From: a virus
Lineage: Duplodnaviria; Caudoviricetes
DNA: 64,000 nucleotides
IMG/VR virus record: IMGVR_UViG_3300025706_000021
Location: 12,503-76,502 of that record
Direction: 5' to 3' (one strand)
In this document: positions 1 through 10,306 of the stretch, piece after piece
How positions within the stretch are numbered: the first letter of the stretch is position 1
How the letters are laid out: each line of letters opens with the position of its first letter
The notes under the pieces: model-generated
What the model saw: the letters and a program-made list of their open reading frames with translations, nothing else
What the model was told of the DNA's origin: nothing
The model's database searches: none
Made by a program: the position numbers and the translations under genes

Positions 1-3000
1 AAACAGCTTTCGAACATCTGCTGTCTGCACTATCACCACACCAATAACATCGTTCGGAACGATTGTGAGCGGTGCGTAGACTGCATTCCCCTGATTGTCT
101 GTCAGGGAGAAGCGCTGCGTCGGTTCGTCATATCCCAAACGCAAGTATCCACCCGCACCGGAGAACTCAAGCACTGAGATTTGCGCGGCATCGCCGATCA
201 TCTTTGGGATCAGCCATGTCGAATATTTGAAAACCGGCTGAATCGACACATTCGTCCAATCAACCTTGACGCCACCTTGGAGTCGCAGACCTTGGGTGTT
301 TCTTCCAGCCTGATACGTGACATTTGTTGCGGTTGTTGCGGCCTTCCCGCCAATGCTTGTCAGAGAACCGCTAAGCATCCATCCATCGAATTCGTCAAAG
401 CGCAGACCCGCCTTCATCGATATTTGGTATTTCGCAACAACCGAATCAACTTCACCGCCAGGTGCCCAATGACGCAGCGACTCTGTACTAAGCCAATCAA
501 ACCCCGATGTTGTCCAGGTGATCGTGTCGGTATCGTCAAGGATCGACGTGACCTGTCCATAGATGGAATTCGCGGCTCGATAGGTATCAAGCAGATCAAC
601 AGGGAAGATGTACTCGCATCGAGACACGCCGTCGATCATCATCAGGTCGTAACCAACCGGCGTCATGTTCAGCGAGTTGTGCGGCCAGTTGAGCGCCGCC
701 TCATTGAACGACGCAACGATGTTCGAGTCTGTCGGCATCGCAATGGTCGTGTCGACCCATGCGGCATTTACGCTGTAGATTCCAGGAGCAGCGACAGCTT
801 TGATCCAGAACTTGCGAATGCCGATTGTTCCAGACGGGACAGACAGCGACGTTGCCTTCACTTCAGCAAGTACCTTACCCGATTGCCACGCGCTGCCCTC
901 GCGCACTTCGTAGTACGAGATTTCCTCGTTTTCCGCGCTCTCCCACGTTAGCTCAACACGGGAACCAGACTGAATGATGTCGAAGCGTTTCGGCGTGCTT
1001 GGGGCGACAAGAACGAGCTTGAAGGTCGTCACGTTGTCAGAATACTCCCCGCCCATGTTGATTGAGCGAATGTGGTAGAAGTACGTGCCAGCATTGTCCT
1101 GGTCATGCGTCAGCATCGTTCCCGCGAAGTTTGTCGTAATGATCGAACCCTCGTCCCACGACACCCCAACGCGAACCTCGTATCCAAGCAGGTTGATGTC
1201 CGTAACCGCATCCCATGTCAGCAACAAATCGCGCGTGCGCTTTTGCACGACGAAGTTTGCCACGTCACCAGGCGCAGCAGTTTTGCCAACTGTGATGTAT
1301 GAGGCATCAAGTCTTGCCGAGCGAACCCCAAAAGCATTTACGGCTGTAATCGAAAAGTGGTAGCGACCAGCACGCACATTGTCCAGTTCGAGAAGCGCGC
1401 TGCTTGTCTTTTCGGTTTTCCAGTTCGTTTCGTATTTACCGGTGCGCTTCCAGTCAATTTCGTAATATGCAGCATCGCACTCCCACGAAACATCAAGGGT
1501 CAGGCCCATTATGCCTGGCGCGATGATGACAGGAACTTCAGATACCGCAAAGTTCTTCGGGGTAGTGACGGACTTTGTGTTGATAGCCGATGTTGGCGTA
1601 TCCTGCAACTTCAGACCATACTCAATCGCGGCGAATTTCGACTTGTTATGCTCTACCGCAGTGATCGTGTATTGCCCTACTTCCTTGCCCTGCCCGACAC
1701 CAAGCACGCGCGCTTGCATCGGCACAAGGTTCGGTTCGGATATGATCCAAATGGCACCATCTACGGGATATGCAGGAAGAGGCTCCCACCATGAAACTGA
1801 CGTTTGCTCAGATGCACCAGCAGGCAAACCGCGAAGTGTGCGCTCCGCAAATGTTCCATCCGGCATTCGAATGGAGATTGTCGTCCCATCAAGTCCTGCC
1901 AACTGCACTGGACTGTCGAGAACAACCGATGTCAGCCCAGGCGCGGTAAGACGACCACCGAGGCGCTTACCAGCGCGTGACGCATCCTGAATTCGAATCA
2001 GGTCGCCAGGAAGCACCAGCGCCGAGTCGATCCCGACACTGAATGACACGACGTCGGATTCGAATTGCTCTGTATAAAGAATCCAAAGACCAACGCGGTG
2101 CGCTTGAGCGCGCGATGTGCATCCGAATGCAACGACCTCAACCTTTCGAATCCCAACCTTTGCGATCATGTCGGGGTTTTCGACGTACTCAATCACGCGC
2201 TGATAGTTCTGAGTAGGATCGTTCCACGCGACATGCGCAACGCTGTGACGGTCTTTTCTTGCAGATCCAGTGTAAGTGAACAGCCCGTCAATAACATTTG
2301 CATGGCTATACACCATCTGCGAGTCGCCCGGTGCGTCTTGCGTGAATCCGACCATGCCGCCATTCCAGTATGCCATTCCTCTAAAGACAGAGGTGATGTC
2401 AGAAATGACCTTGTAAGCCTCCGCTTGCGCCTGGATTACCGTATTGATCGTGAAGCGCGGCTCCCACCCACCAAAGCCATTTGGAACCATTTCGTCGCAG
2501 TAACGACCGATCTGATAGAGCTTGGCCTTATCGACTCTTGACTCAGGCAAGAATTGCCCAAGACCGTAGCGGGCGGTCGTCAGAATGTCGTAAAGAACCC
2601 AGGCTGGATTGTTCGAAACTGCGACTTTGAACGTGCCATCCCAAATGCCGTAATACTGACGCGAGGCTGGGTCGTAATTTGTCGGCACGCGAATATACAA
2701 ACCATCAACCAAGTAGGCGCGCGATGGGATTGAGTTGAACTGCGACGAATCGATTGTTACGCCGACAATCGCGGAGTTAGGGTAGCTCAGTCGTGAATTA
2801 ACGATCTCGACGCATGACTCGAATCCGATCTGGTTTTGCACAGACTGGTCGGCAGGATCGGGAGTAGTGCGCGTCATTCGGATCGACCAGCGCTGTGCAG
2901 CACCACCGTAGCCCCACTTTGGGAGTGCCACTTGATAGCTGCGCTCGTAGCGTGAGCGCGTCTTTCCAGAAATACTCAACTCACCGGTCAAGTCCTGGTA

Positions 3001-3945
3001 TGGCCCGCCGTTGATGGACACATCGAATTTGAAATTGACGTAGCTTCCGTGGATGTCCCCATTCGTCTTGTCCTGCGAGTACAGGCTTTGCACAGCAACA
3101 ATCAATCGAACGGCATCGACGTTCGGGTTCGTGATCGACACGGAGATCGGCGTTGATGCGGTGACGAGCGAACTTACGACATTCGGCGTCTCGACATCAG
3201 AGAACCCACCTCCCATCGGGGATTGCCATTGTGTTCCGTATCGCGCGTCCCACGAAACACCATTGAAGTTCATTGCGCCATCGACGCGCTGCAATGGGGT
3301 ATCGTTGAAGAAAATGGACTGAGCGCCACTCACCAAGCCGCCGATCTGCCCCTCTCCCAATAGGTCGAGAACCGAGATCATCGCACGCGACTGCAATGTG
3401 TCTGGATCTTCTACAGCAGCGCGTGGGGTGCCACCACCGTCGCCCTTGCTCTTGCTACCACCACCAGAACCAGCAACGACAGGATAGCGCTCGCGGTGCC
3501 CGCCGTTATGAACGCGAACGCCACTTGCGATGAACGTGTGGTGCGGTTCGACTGTCAGGTTCCACACCGGTTCGTAACCGACCAGTTCGGCCTCAATGAT
3601 CGGACGAAGATGCCCCATGCCATCAACAAGGGCGTCATGGGTCGAGAGAGAACCGATCTCGGCAAAGTTTCCATACTGGTTCAGAACCCAATGGTTTGGG
3701 GTGATGAACACCTCACCACGCCAAAACTTCACACGAAGAATTGGCTGCGGATCTTCGTGGTAGTGCAGTTCCGTTACTTTCGCGTTGTGGATGTTGCCAT
3801 CTTCGTCAAACGCAAGAACAGAGTCGCCCGTCTTGAGTTCTTCGATTGCGAGCGTCTTTCCACCCGCAAGCTGAACCTGCGTTCCCTTTCGAAAACACCC
3901 ACCGCCACCACCCGCGCCAGCAATACTTCTCAGTTCGTCAGACAT
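1..3945 (-). CDS. Tail tip / central tail fibre (host specificity protein J), runs off the window at its 3' end; N-terminal Hint domain
   Basis: Absent from the ORF track (no stop in window). Manual translation from ATG 3945: MSDELRSIAGAGGGGG-C...HN-GGHRERYPVVAGSGGGSKSKGDGGGTPRAAVEDPDTLQSRAMISVLDLLGEGQIG, a typical gpJ N-terminus. Frame spot-checked at position 1, not read codon by codon throughout. Follows L-K-I in lambda order. Confidence 0.92.
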   Translation of the reverse strand, partial: MSDELRSIAGAGGGGGCFRKGTQVQLAGGKTLAIEELKTGDSVLAFDEDGNIHNAKVTELHYHEDPQPILRVKFWRGEVFITPNHWVLNQYGNFAEIGSLSTHDALVDGMGHLRPIIEAELVGYEPVWNLTVEPHHTFIASGVRVHNGGHRERYPVVAGSGGGSKSKGDGGGTPRAAVEDPDTLQSRAMISVLDLLGEGQIGGLVSGAQSIFFNDTPLQRVDGAMNFNGVSWDARYGTQWQSPMGGGFSDVETPNVVSSLVTASTPISVSITNPNVDAVRLIVAVQSLYSQDKTNGDIHGSYVNFKFDVSINGGPYQDLTGELSISGKTRSRYERSYQVALPKWGYGGAAQRWSIRMTRTTPDPADQSVQNQIGFESCVEIVNSRLSYPNSAIVGVTIDSSQFNSIPSRAYLVDGLYIRVPTNYDPASRQYYGIWDGTFKVAVSNNPAWVLYDILTTARYGLGQFLPESRVDKAKLYQIGRYCDEMVPNGFGGWEPRFTINTVIQAQAEAYKVISDITSVFRGMAYWNGGMVGFTQDAPGDSQMVYSHANVIDGLFTYTGSARKDRHSVAHVAWNDPTQNYQRVIEYVENPDMIAKVGIRKVEVVAFGCTSRAQAHRVGLWILYTEQFESDVVSFSVGIDSALVLPGDLIRIQDASRAGKRLGGRLTAPGLTSVVLDSPVQLAGLDGTTISIRMPDGTFAERTLRGLPAGASEQTSVSWWEPLPAYPVDGAIWIISEPNLVPMQARVLGVGQGKEVGQYTITAVEHNKSKFAAIEYGLKLQDTPTSAINTKSVTTPKNFAVSEVPVIIAPGIMGLTLDVSWECDAAYYEIDWKRTGKYETNWKTEKTSSALLELDNVRAGRYHFSITAVNAFGVRSARLDASYITVGKTAAPGDVANFVVQKRTRDLLLTWDAVTDINLLGYEVRVGVSWDEGSIITTNFAGTMLTHDQDNAGTYFYHIRSINMGGEYSDNVTTFKLVLVAPSTPKRFDIIQSGSRVELTWESAENEEISYYEVREGSAWQSGKVLAEVKATSLSVPSGTIGIRKFWIKAVAAPGIYSVNAAWVDTTIAMPTDSNIVASFNEAALNWPHNSLNMTPVGYDLMMIDGVSRCEYIFPVDLLDTYRAANSIYGQVTSILDDTDTITWTTSGFDWLSTESLRHWAPGGEVDSVVAKYQISMKAGLRFDEFDGWMLSGSLTSIGGKAATTATNVTYQAGRNTQGLRLQGGVKVDWTNVSIQPVFKYSTWLIPKMIGDAAQISVLEFSGAGGYLRLGYDEPTQRFSLTDNQGNAVYAPLTIVPNDVIGVVIVQTADVRKLF
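3505..3897 (-). other. 131-aa Hint (intein-like/BIL) domain inside J
   Basis: Starts CFRKGTQV, block B ITPNHW, ends VWNLTVEPHHTFIASGVRVHN; next residue is Gly, not Cys/Ser/Thr. Confidence 0.9.
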
Positions 3946-3955
3946 AGTTTCTCAA

Positions 3956-4543
3956 TTACATGAGTTGATCGACCGTGGCCGACACAGAAATCGTTCGTGA
4001 TCCAACCATGACTCGCCCATAAATCAGCGAAACAGGCGCACCTTGCGGCGACGTGTTTGTCGGGCCGTCGAAGTAGTAGGAAGCCTTGCTTTCGTATGCT
4101 TGCTCCTGCTTCGCCTCTTGCGTCTTCGGCGTCTTGGTTAGCATTTCGGCGATACCACCGGCGAACATGCTGATGCCCATTCCTATGAGCGGCGCACCAA
4201 ATGGGGTCTCGCTAAGAATCACGCCAACAATCACAAGAACAACCCCAAGAACCGCCTTAAAGGCGCCGCCAGCGCCGACGATTATCGGAACGAAGCGAAT
4301 TGACTTCATCTTGCGCTCCAGCTTGACCGTTTCTTCTTCGAGTTCTTCTTCGCTTCCGTCTTCGTACTCGACAATCACACTGTAGCGGTCGAAGTTTTTA
4401 AGCTGTTCTCGAATCCACTTGAATACGCCTGGCTTATTGGCATCGACCATACGCAGCGCTTCAATTGGCGAGCGAACGCTAAGCTCCCACTCGCGCCCGA
4501 ATTCCTTGCCCATCTGTCCTTCGAGAATTACCTTGGTCAGCAT
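3956..4543 (-). CDS. Tail assembly protein I (ubiquitin-like fold)
   Basis: IRFVPIIVGAGG motif followed by a hydrophobic stretch and YYFDGPTNTSPQGAPVSLIYG, typical of lambda gpI. Confidence 0.9.
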   Translation of the reverse strand: MLTKVILEGQMGKEFGREWELSVRSPIEALRMVDANKPGVFKWIREQLKNFDRYSVIVEYEDGSEEELEEETVKLERKMKSIRFVPIIVGAGGAFKAVLGVVLVIVGVILSETPFGAPLIGMGISMFAGGIAEMLTKTPKTQEAKQEQAYESKASYYFDGPTNTSPQGAPVSLIYGRVMVGSRTISVSATVDQLM

Positions 4544-5271
4544 TTCGATTCGTGTCTCAGGTGAAGCATCGTGTGTTTGTGCCAGTAACCAGCGTAGATG
4601 TCACGGCGCGATAGGCGCCCGTGACAGTGGTGCAAAATCATGTCGTCGCCAATGTAGATGGCGATATGGTTTGGATTCGCGTGTCCGGTTTGCAGAATGA
4701 ACAAATCGCCAGGAATGGGTTCGCGGTCAATTAGCTTCACCATCCCTTCGTTCTTCCAGTTCTGCCCAAAGAAGTCGTGGCCTTGCTCCCAAAACTTCTC
4801 GATACGCGGGTAATCGCCCAGCGTGATCCCAAACTCTCTGCGGTAGTAGTCACGCACCAGCGACCAACAATCAAGCACGCCAAACACGTATGGGCGCTCA
4901 AGGTAGGGCAACTCAAAACCAGAGGGATTAACGACGATAGGCCCGTCAGAAATGAATCCGTCTTCGCTCTTATGGATAGATGTGATGTACCAAGGAAGGC
5001 CGGAGTTCTCGCAGCCCACCAAGTCTGCATCTGATGGGCTGTTTGGGCACTCGACGTGCGTGTGCCAGACACCGATGATCTCGCCCTGATCAGCCGCAGC
5101 AGCGTAGTCGTGAATGTCCATCACGAAGTTGTTTCTTGGATCTTCCGCGCGGTTTCTGCATACGACCGGCAGAGACTTCTTGCCGACCTTAACCACCAGA
5201 CCACAAGCCTCGTTCGGGTATTGCGCCTCGCCAAACTCGCGCATTGCGAGTGCCAGGTCTTTAATATCCAC
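4537..5271 (-). CDS. Tail assembly protein K (JAB/MPN + NlpC/P60 peptidase)
   Basis: WHTH...SPSDAD JAB motif; DCWSLVRDYY and NHIAIYIGDDMILHH NlpC motifs. GTG start at 5271 overlapping the L stop preferred over the track start 5358. Confidence 0.92.
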   Translation of the reverse strand: MDIKDLALAMREFGEAQYPNEACGLVVKVGKKSLPVVCRNRAEDPRNNFVMDIHDYAAAADQGEIIGVWHTHVECPNSPSDADLVGCENSGLPWYITSIHKSEDGFISDGPIVVNPSGFELPYLERPYVFGVLDCWSLVRDYYRREFGITLGDYPRIEKFWEQGHDFFGQNWKNEGMVKLIDREPIPGDLFILQTGHANPNHIAIYIGDDMILHHCHGRLSRRDIYAGYWHKHTMLHLRHESKC

Positions 5272-5947
5272 GCATCGCTCCTGGGAATCCACCGAACGGC
5301 AAAACACCGCCACCAAATCTCGCCTTGCAAGATGACAGTCTTTTTGCGCAGAAGTCATGCTCTTGATATGGTGTTGGGTTGTCGTTCGTATCGACGTAAC
5401 CGCCAGTCCAACCGCACTCGCCGCTTCGGTATCTCCACGGGCATGCGTTTTGAATGACCTGGCGGTAAGGTAGCATCACGCCCTGCAAATCAAACGCAGA
5501 GGCGAGTTCCCACTCGACCACGTAGCGGTTTTCGGAAATCTTCTGGTCAATAAACCAGATGTCATCCTCTAGGTGCTGATTTGGGTCTGCCGATGGATTG
5601 CCGCCAGGAAAATTGACCGCATCAAGAAATCGGACAAACGTGCGCTTGCGCGTCAGCTTGCACCCGATAAGGTCATCACTTTGACGAACCGCAGCCGAGA
5701 AAATGCCATCGATGTTTGCGACACGAACCTTCGGGCGCGGTAGCGTGCCCTTCGCATTGACGTCGAATCCCTCTGCCTCAACCGGGAGCGCAATGTATTC
5801 GACGTTCTGCCATACAACGTGCTGCTGCAACTCGTTTGTTCCAGCATGAAAGCGACCGATTCCAGCACCGACACTTGTCATGTCGATTTCGAATAGCTCG
5901 ACAATGGCTGTCGGGGCTAGTAGCTGAATTTCAGTTTTGACGCTCAC
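5261..5947 (-). CDS. Minor tail protein L
   Basis: IVELFEID, ELASAFDL, CPWRYRSGEC, CAKRLSSC, LPFGGFPG: the gpL Fe-S cysteine pattern. Confidence 0.93.
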   Translation of the reverse strand: MSVKTEIQLLAPTAIVELFEIDMTSVGAGIGRFHAGTNELQQHVVWQNVEYIALPVEAEGFDVNAKGTLPRPKVRVANIDGIFSAAVRQSDDLIGCKLTRKRTFVRFLDAVNFPGGNPSADPNQHLEDDIWFIDQKISENRYVVEWELASAFDLQGVMLPYRQVIQNACPWRYRSGECGWTGGYVDTNDNPTPYQEHDFCAKRLSSCKARFGGGVLPFGGFPGAMRGY

Positions 5948-6282
5948 AGATCGAATACCTGCTCGAATGTCGCCGTAACGACGTAGATTCCAAAGTTCTG
6001 CTGACTGCTAGACCACTCAGCGCAGGTGTATGTCGCCTCGATATTCATCGGATCTACCCATGCGAATGGCTCGACACCGCCTCGCGCATTGAGAAACGTA
6101 AGAATGTCCGTCGCTGTGGCGAGGTTCGTCGTGAAGGTCACATTCCACGACTTCGGCTTCGAGTTGATGCCAACAGGAACGCGAAGCGCGTAGCCATCGC
6201 CAAACTTCGTTACCGTCACGTTTGGTTTAAACGTCTGACGCGCCCCGAGATCGGGATTCCAAGTGAAATTAGGCTTACTCAT
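5944..6282 (-). CDS. Minor tail protein M (distal tail)
   Basis: FTWNPD, KFGDGY, TATFEQVF; lies between tape measure and L. Confidence 0.88.
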   Translation of the reverse strand: MSKPNFTWNPDLGARQTFKPNVTVTKFGDGYALRVPVGINSKPKSWNVTFTTNLATATDILTFLNARGGVEPFAWVDPMNIEATYTCAEWSSSQQNFGIYVVTATFEQVFDL

Positions 6283-6299
6283 TATATGTCACCCGTGAC

Positions 6300-9200
6300 T
6301 TACTTGTAAAGCAGACCGCCTGGGCGCTGCTGAATAACCATTTCTTCCTTGACCACGCCCTTGATGCGGTCGGCAAGTTTTTTCCACACTTGGGCATCCT
6401 CGCCAGAAGAACTGCTCTTTTCTGTTCCGTCGTTCTGATTCACCTGAATAACAATGCTGACGTTTGGCGCATCACCGGAACCACCGCCGACAACATTGAC
6501 ACCAAGGCGCCCATTTGCGTCGCGAGCGAGAGGCATAACGGCCTCAGGGCCAGCTTCACCCATTACGCCGAACTTGCCGCCATTGGCGAACTTGAACAGC
6601 GTTGGGTCGGCATATACCCCATTGGTGAATGCCCCACCGTTCGCAAACTTGGACAGTTCGCCACTGCTTACGAATGCACCGCCAAGCGCCTTGAGCGTGA
6701 TCCCATTACCGAGAAATCCACCACTACCACCACCGCCCCCACCGCCAAGTAGGCCACCCAGCAAGCTACCGGCCGCACCTATCACGCTGGAAACCGCACC
6801 TCCAATTGCCTTCTGAGCGGAGATTCGCGCGATGTCAGTCAGGATCGAGACCGTGAATTTGCGCCAATCTGCCTTCCCTGTGGTAATAAGTTCGGTCAGT
6901 TGATCCATGAACCCATTTGCCCAATTCGCGGTTGCCTGCTGCATGTTCTCGGTCACGTCCTGCCACTGCTTTCCGAGACGTTCGAGCGGGGTTTCAGAAT
7001 CCTTTTGAAACTTCTTCAGGGCGTTTGCTTTTCTTTCTTCGAAATCGACCGCCAGGGCGAGCAGCTTCTCTTGCTCTTCCTTCTCGTCCATCATTGTTGT
7101 CTCTGCGGAAACAATGAAGTCGTCGCGACGACGGCGATACTCTTCTTCCAGCTTGCGGGTCGTCAGTTCGTACTGCTTGCGAATCTTCTCTTGAGAGTTA
7201 TCGATAAGGTCGATTTCCAGCTTTGCGGACTCGTCAATGGTCGCATTGTGGTACTCGATGTTTGCCTCCCTTGCCGCAACCAGCATTCGCTGGGCGTTAA
7301 TCAGGCTTAGCTGACCAGTCACGACGCCGCCAAGAAGGGCTTTTTGCTTCTCATATTCGGCAGAAAGCGCCATCATCTTTTTGTTCGCGAATTCAGCACC
7401 GAAACCGGACGAGTGGATCTTCTCGTCAAGCATTTCGGTTTCAGACGCGAGCGCTTTCGCGGATGTCTTGGTCGCCCCAAGAGCCGCATCGACCTGCTTC
7501 GCTCTTGTTTCGGTTGCGATCAGTTCTTCGTACAGTTCCTTATCTTTGCCCCTGGCATCGATACCCTGCTTCTTCGTGTTGCCCTTCTTGTCCTTGTACG
7601 TCTTCGTCAGTTCGCCATTGGCGAGCATCTTCTCGTACTTCTCGCGCACCTCGGTTTCGATCAAATCAACCTTGCTGATCTGACCGCTAACCTGTTGCAG
7701 CTTCGCCTCTGCAATTGTGAGTTCTGCCTTTGCGTCGTTCAGGTGCTTCTCAAGACTACCAACGACCGGAACGCGCGAAGAGCCGCCACCCTTGTCATCT
7801 TTCGACTTGACGCTAACGTATGGCGTGCCAATTTTCTCAGGGTTGATGCCCTGAAGCAGAGTCTCCCTTGCCTCGTTGAGCGCCTTGATCTTGGCGAGCG
7901 CTTGGTCTGCTTTTTCCTTGCCAGCGTCGCCGAGACGACCAGCGGCGTCGAACTCAGCGGTTACAGCGGTCAGGCGGCTGTCGATTTCGAGCAACTTCGA
8001 ATCACGGTTCGCTACCGCATACTTCTTCGTCGCTTCGGATTCCTCAGTTGCCTGGCGCTTGACCTCTTCCGAGTATTCCTTGCTGCCCTCTTTGAGCTTA
8101 GACAGGCGTTGCTTGTTTTGGGCGTCGCGTTCCTTCTTTTCATTCTCGAACGCGCGCTGCCAGGCATTTGCGTTGCCTGTGTTCTTCATGTCGAGCAGGG
8201 CGTTTTCTTGGGCTACCGCATCATCGATACCCTGCTTCTTGATGTTGTATTCCTGACGACGCTCAAGTTCCTCGATCTCAGCAAGACGCTTTTTGTTGCT
8301 ATCCATGCGTCGCGTGATTTCGGTTCGATTGAAGCCTTTCTCAAGATGCTTCTCGTCCTTCTCGATTTGCCCCTTGAGGTCTGCCTTTTCTTCCCTTGTT
8401 TCGGCAAGCTCTTTTGCGTCAGCAACGCCCATCCAGGCATTCTTGGCGCGGTTAGCAGCCCTCTCTGCTGCATTGGCATACTTGTCCCAAATGTAAATCG
8501 CCCCCATGATGATGCCGGTGACGATCATGATCGGGCCACCGAGGGCATTGAACACGCCCATTAGCCCGGCCAGCTTCCCGCCAGTCGCAACGGCAGCAGC
8601 ACCAGCGGCATTCATTTGGGTGATAAGCGCGCGTTCAGCAACGACATTCGCTTCGACGACGGCAAGACGCGCCTGAAGCGCGGCGATGTTCTGCTTATAG
8701 AGCGCCCCGCCAGTCATCCCGTACAGGGCGGTTTGGGCGGCGAGATTCTTCTCGATCATCGCGATTTCCGCAGTCATCATCGCGGTCATCTTGATGTTCT
8801 CGTTTGCCTTTACTGCAAGTTTTGCGTTCGAGGTGGCGGTGTATTCGGCAGCGCTCTTTGCGTACACGAGCGAAAGTGTCGAGAACTCTGCCTTCAGGGT
8901 CGCGAACGTCGCAACCAACTTCGAGGCAGCGAAGGCGGCGATCAGCGTTGCGCCAGCGATCTTCACTTCGTCATAGAAGCGAATTACGAACTGGATCGCG
9001 TCCTTGAACGCGACAGCGAATCCTCCAACAACTTCAGACAGGTCTGTTCCAAACTTGCGTGCGGTGTTCGAGTCGAACGAGGCAAGCAAGTCTTCAATTG
9101 CCTTCTTTGCATCTGCAAATGCGCCCTGCCCGCTATCGCCCCCCGCGAGTTCGTACTTGAAGAGCGACCACTTGGTATTGAGCTTGGCGAGCATGCCCTC

Positions 9201-9965
9201 CCATGTGTCCATCATCTTCGAGGCAGCACCCTCGTTCTCGAACTGCATAACGGCGAACATGCGCTCAAGGGCAGATTTCGCCTCAACCTCGCCATTCGAG
9301 ATTGACTTGACGAGATCGGACATCGACTTGCCAACACCGGTCGCCATCATATTGATCGCTGTCGGCACGGCTTCGCCAAGCTGCTGTCGAAGTTCTTCCA
9401 TCGACACGACGCCCTTACCTGCCATCTGCTGAATAGCAATTGAGGCGCGGTGAAGTTGTTCGGAGTTACCGCCGAATCGAGCGACAGAATCGACCAGCGC
9501 CTTCATCGACCCGTTCATGGGATCGATGCCGCCAGATTTCAGCTTTACGAACGAATCGGTGAGCGCCTTGACATCGAATGGCGCGTTCTGCGCCATGTCA
9601 AAGACGAAGTTTCTGCCCTTCTTTGCATCAGCAACTTTGTCGGTCGCTGTGCTAAGCCCCTCCATGAGCTTAGTCATTCGCTCAATTTCGCCAGAGGTCT
9701 TGACGATAGAGAGCGGCAAACGCAGGAACACGTCATGAAAATCGAGCAGCGCAAAGCGTGCTGTCGCCGCCATAATCATGAAGTGACGAAATGCTGTACC
9801 GACACCCGTCAGGTGTTCTTCAACGCGCTTTGTGCTTGTTGCGGTATCCGTGAGCGACTTGCGTAGCTCTTTCAGTAGAACGTCGGCGTTTTTGACCTGG
9901 ACAGTGAATTCACGACTGTCCATCGTCAAACCAATCGAAATATCGTCGCCGACCTTCACACTCAT
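6300..9965 (-). CDS. Tape measure protein
   Basis: 1221 aa, Ala/Gly-rich and helical, with a tape-measure N-terminal block (QQMAGKGVVSMEELRQQLGE) and a C-terminal MGEAGPEAVMPL. Confidence 0.95.
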   Translation of the reverse strand: MSVKVGDDISIGLTMDSREFTVQVKNADVLLKELRKSLTDTATSTKRVEEHLTGVGTAFRHFMIMAATARFALLDFHDVFLRLPLSIVKTSGEIERMTKLMEGLSTATDKVADAKKGRNFVFDMAQNAPFDVKALTDSFVKLKSGGIDPMNGSMKALVDSVARFGGNSEQLHRASIAIQQMAGKGVVSMEELRQQLGEAVPTAINMMATGVGKSMSDLVKSISNGEVEAKSALERMFAVMQFENEGAASKMMDTWEGMLAKLNTKWSLFKYELAGGDSGQGAFADAKKAIEDLLASFDSNTARKFGTDLSEVVGGFAVAFKDAIQFVIRFYDEVKIAGATLIAAFAASKLVATFATLKAEFSTLSLVYAKSAAEYTATSNAKLAVKANENIKMTAMMTAEIAMIEKNLAAQTALYGMTGGALYKQNIAALQARLAVVEANVVAERALITQMNAAGAAAVATGGKLAGLMGVFNALGGPIMIVTGIIMGAIYIWDKYANAAERAANRAKNAWMGVADAKELAETREEKADLKGQIEKDEKHLEKGFNRTEITRRMDSNKKRLAEIEELERRQEYNIKKQGIDDAVAQENALLDMKNTGNANAWQRAFENEKKERDAQNKQRLSKLKEGSKEYSEEVKRQATEESEATKKYAVANRDSKLLEIDSRLTAVTAEFDAAGRLGDAGKEKADQALAKIKALNEARETLLQGINPEKIGTPYVSVKSKDDKGGGSSRVPVVGSLEKHLNDAKAELTIAEAKLQQVSGQISKVDLIETEVREKYEKMLANGELTKTYKDKKGNTKKQGIDARGKDKELYEELIATETRAKQVDAALGATKTSAKALASETEMLDEKIHSSGFGAEFANKKMMALSAEYEKQKALLGGVVTGQLSLINAQRMLVAAREANIEYHNATIDESAKLEIDLIDNSQEKIRKQYELTTRKLEEEYRRRRDDFIVSAETTMMDEKEEQEKLLALAVDFEERKANALKKFQKDSETPLERLGKQWQDVTENMQQATANWANGFMDQLTELITTGKADWRKFTVSILTDIARISAQKAIGGAVSSVIGAAGSLLGGLLGGGGGGGSGGFLGNGITLKALGGAFVSSGELSKFANGGAFTNGVYADPTLFKFANGGKFGVMGEAGPEAVMPLARDANGRLGVNVVGGGSGDAPNVSIVIQVNQNDGTEKSSSSGEDAQVWKKLADRIKGVVKEEMVIQQRPGGLLYK

Positions 9966-9985
9966 TTCAGAACCTCGTTAGTTTT

Positions 9986-10306
9986 TCATGCCGCCATCGC
10001 CTTCAGCTTTTGGAAGCCTTCTTCGTCGCGAACCGCAGCAGCCATTGGATTGACCCTGGCGATCTCGCCCATTTCAACCACAAGGTTTTCTCGGGTTTGC
10101 CTCATTGCGTCGCCAGCCTGGGCGCTCGCTGCGATCTCAAGAGCGCGCATGTCTTTCTCTGCGCTGAGTCGCGGTACGTTTGAGTTCAGAAGCCAAAATG
10201 CGTCGATTGGGGTATTCATCAATTCGCGATACCCCAACCCGTAGAAGTGCAGGACTCGACAGAAGACATAGCCAAAGTCCAGCGCCTCAATTGGCGGTCG
10301 TACTAC
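9986..10306 (-). CDS. Tail assembly chaperone GT extension (-1 frameshift frame)
   Basis: The -1 frame after the slippery A AAA AAG reads KVVRPPIEALDFGYVFCRVLHFYG and is in frame with track ORF 9986..10237. Confidence 0.8.
   Translation of the reverse strand, partial: VVRPPIEALDFGYVFCRVLHFYGLGYRELMNTPIDAFWLLNSNVPRLSAEKDMRALEIAASAQAGDAMRQTRENLVVEMGEIARVNPMAAAVRDEEGFQKLKAMAA

Noticed and set aside
3505-3897. Calling the J Hint a canonical intein
   Set aside because: The residue after His-Asn is Gly, so standard splicing lacks its +1 nucleophile; treated as a BIL-type domain.
4537-5358. Track start sites for K, ABC-ATPase (22750), ParB (25286), PLD (54873), HU (55738) and others
   Set aside because: These N-terminal extensions overlap upstream genes or regulatory DNA; downstream starts with SD or stop-start coupling were used instead.
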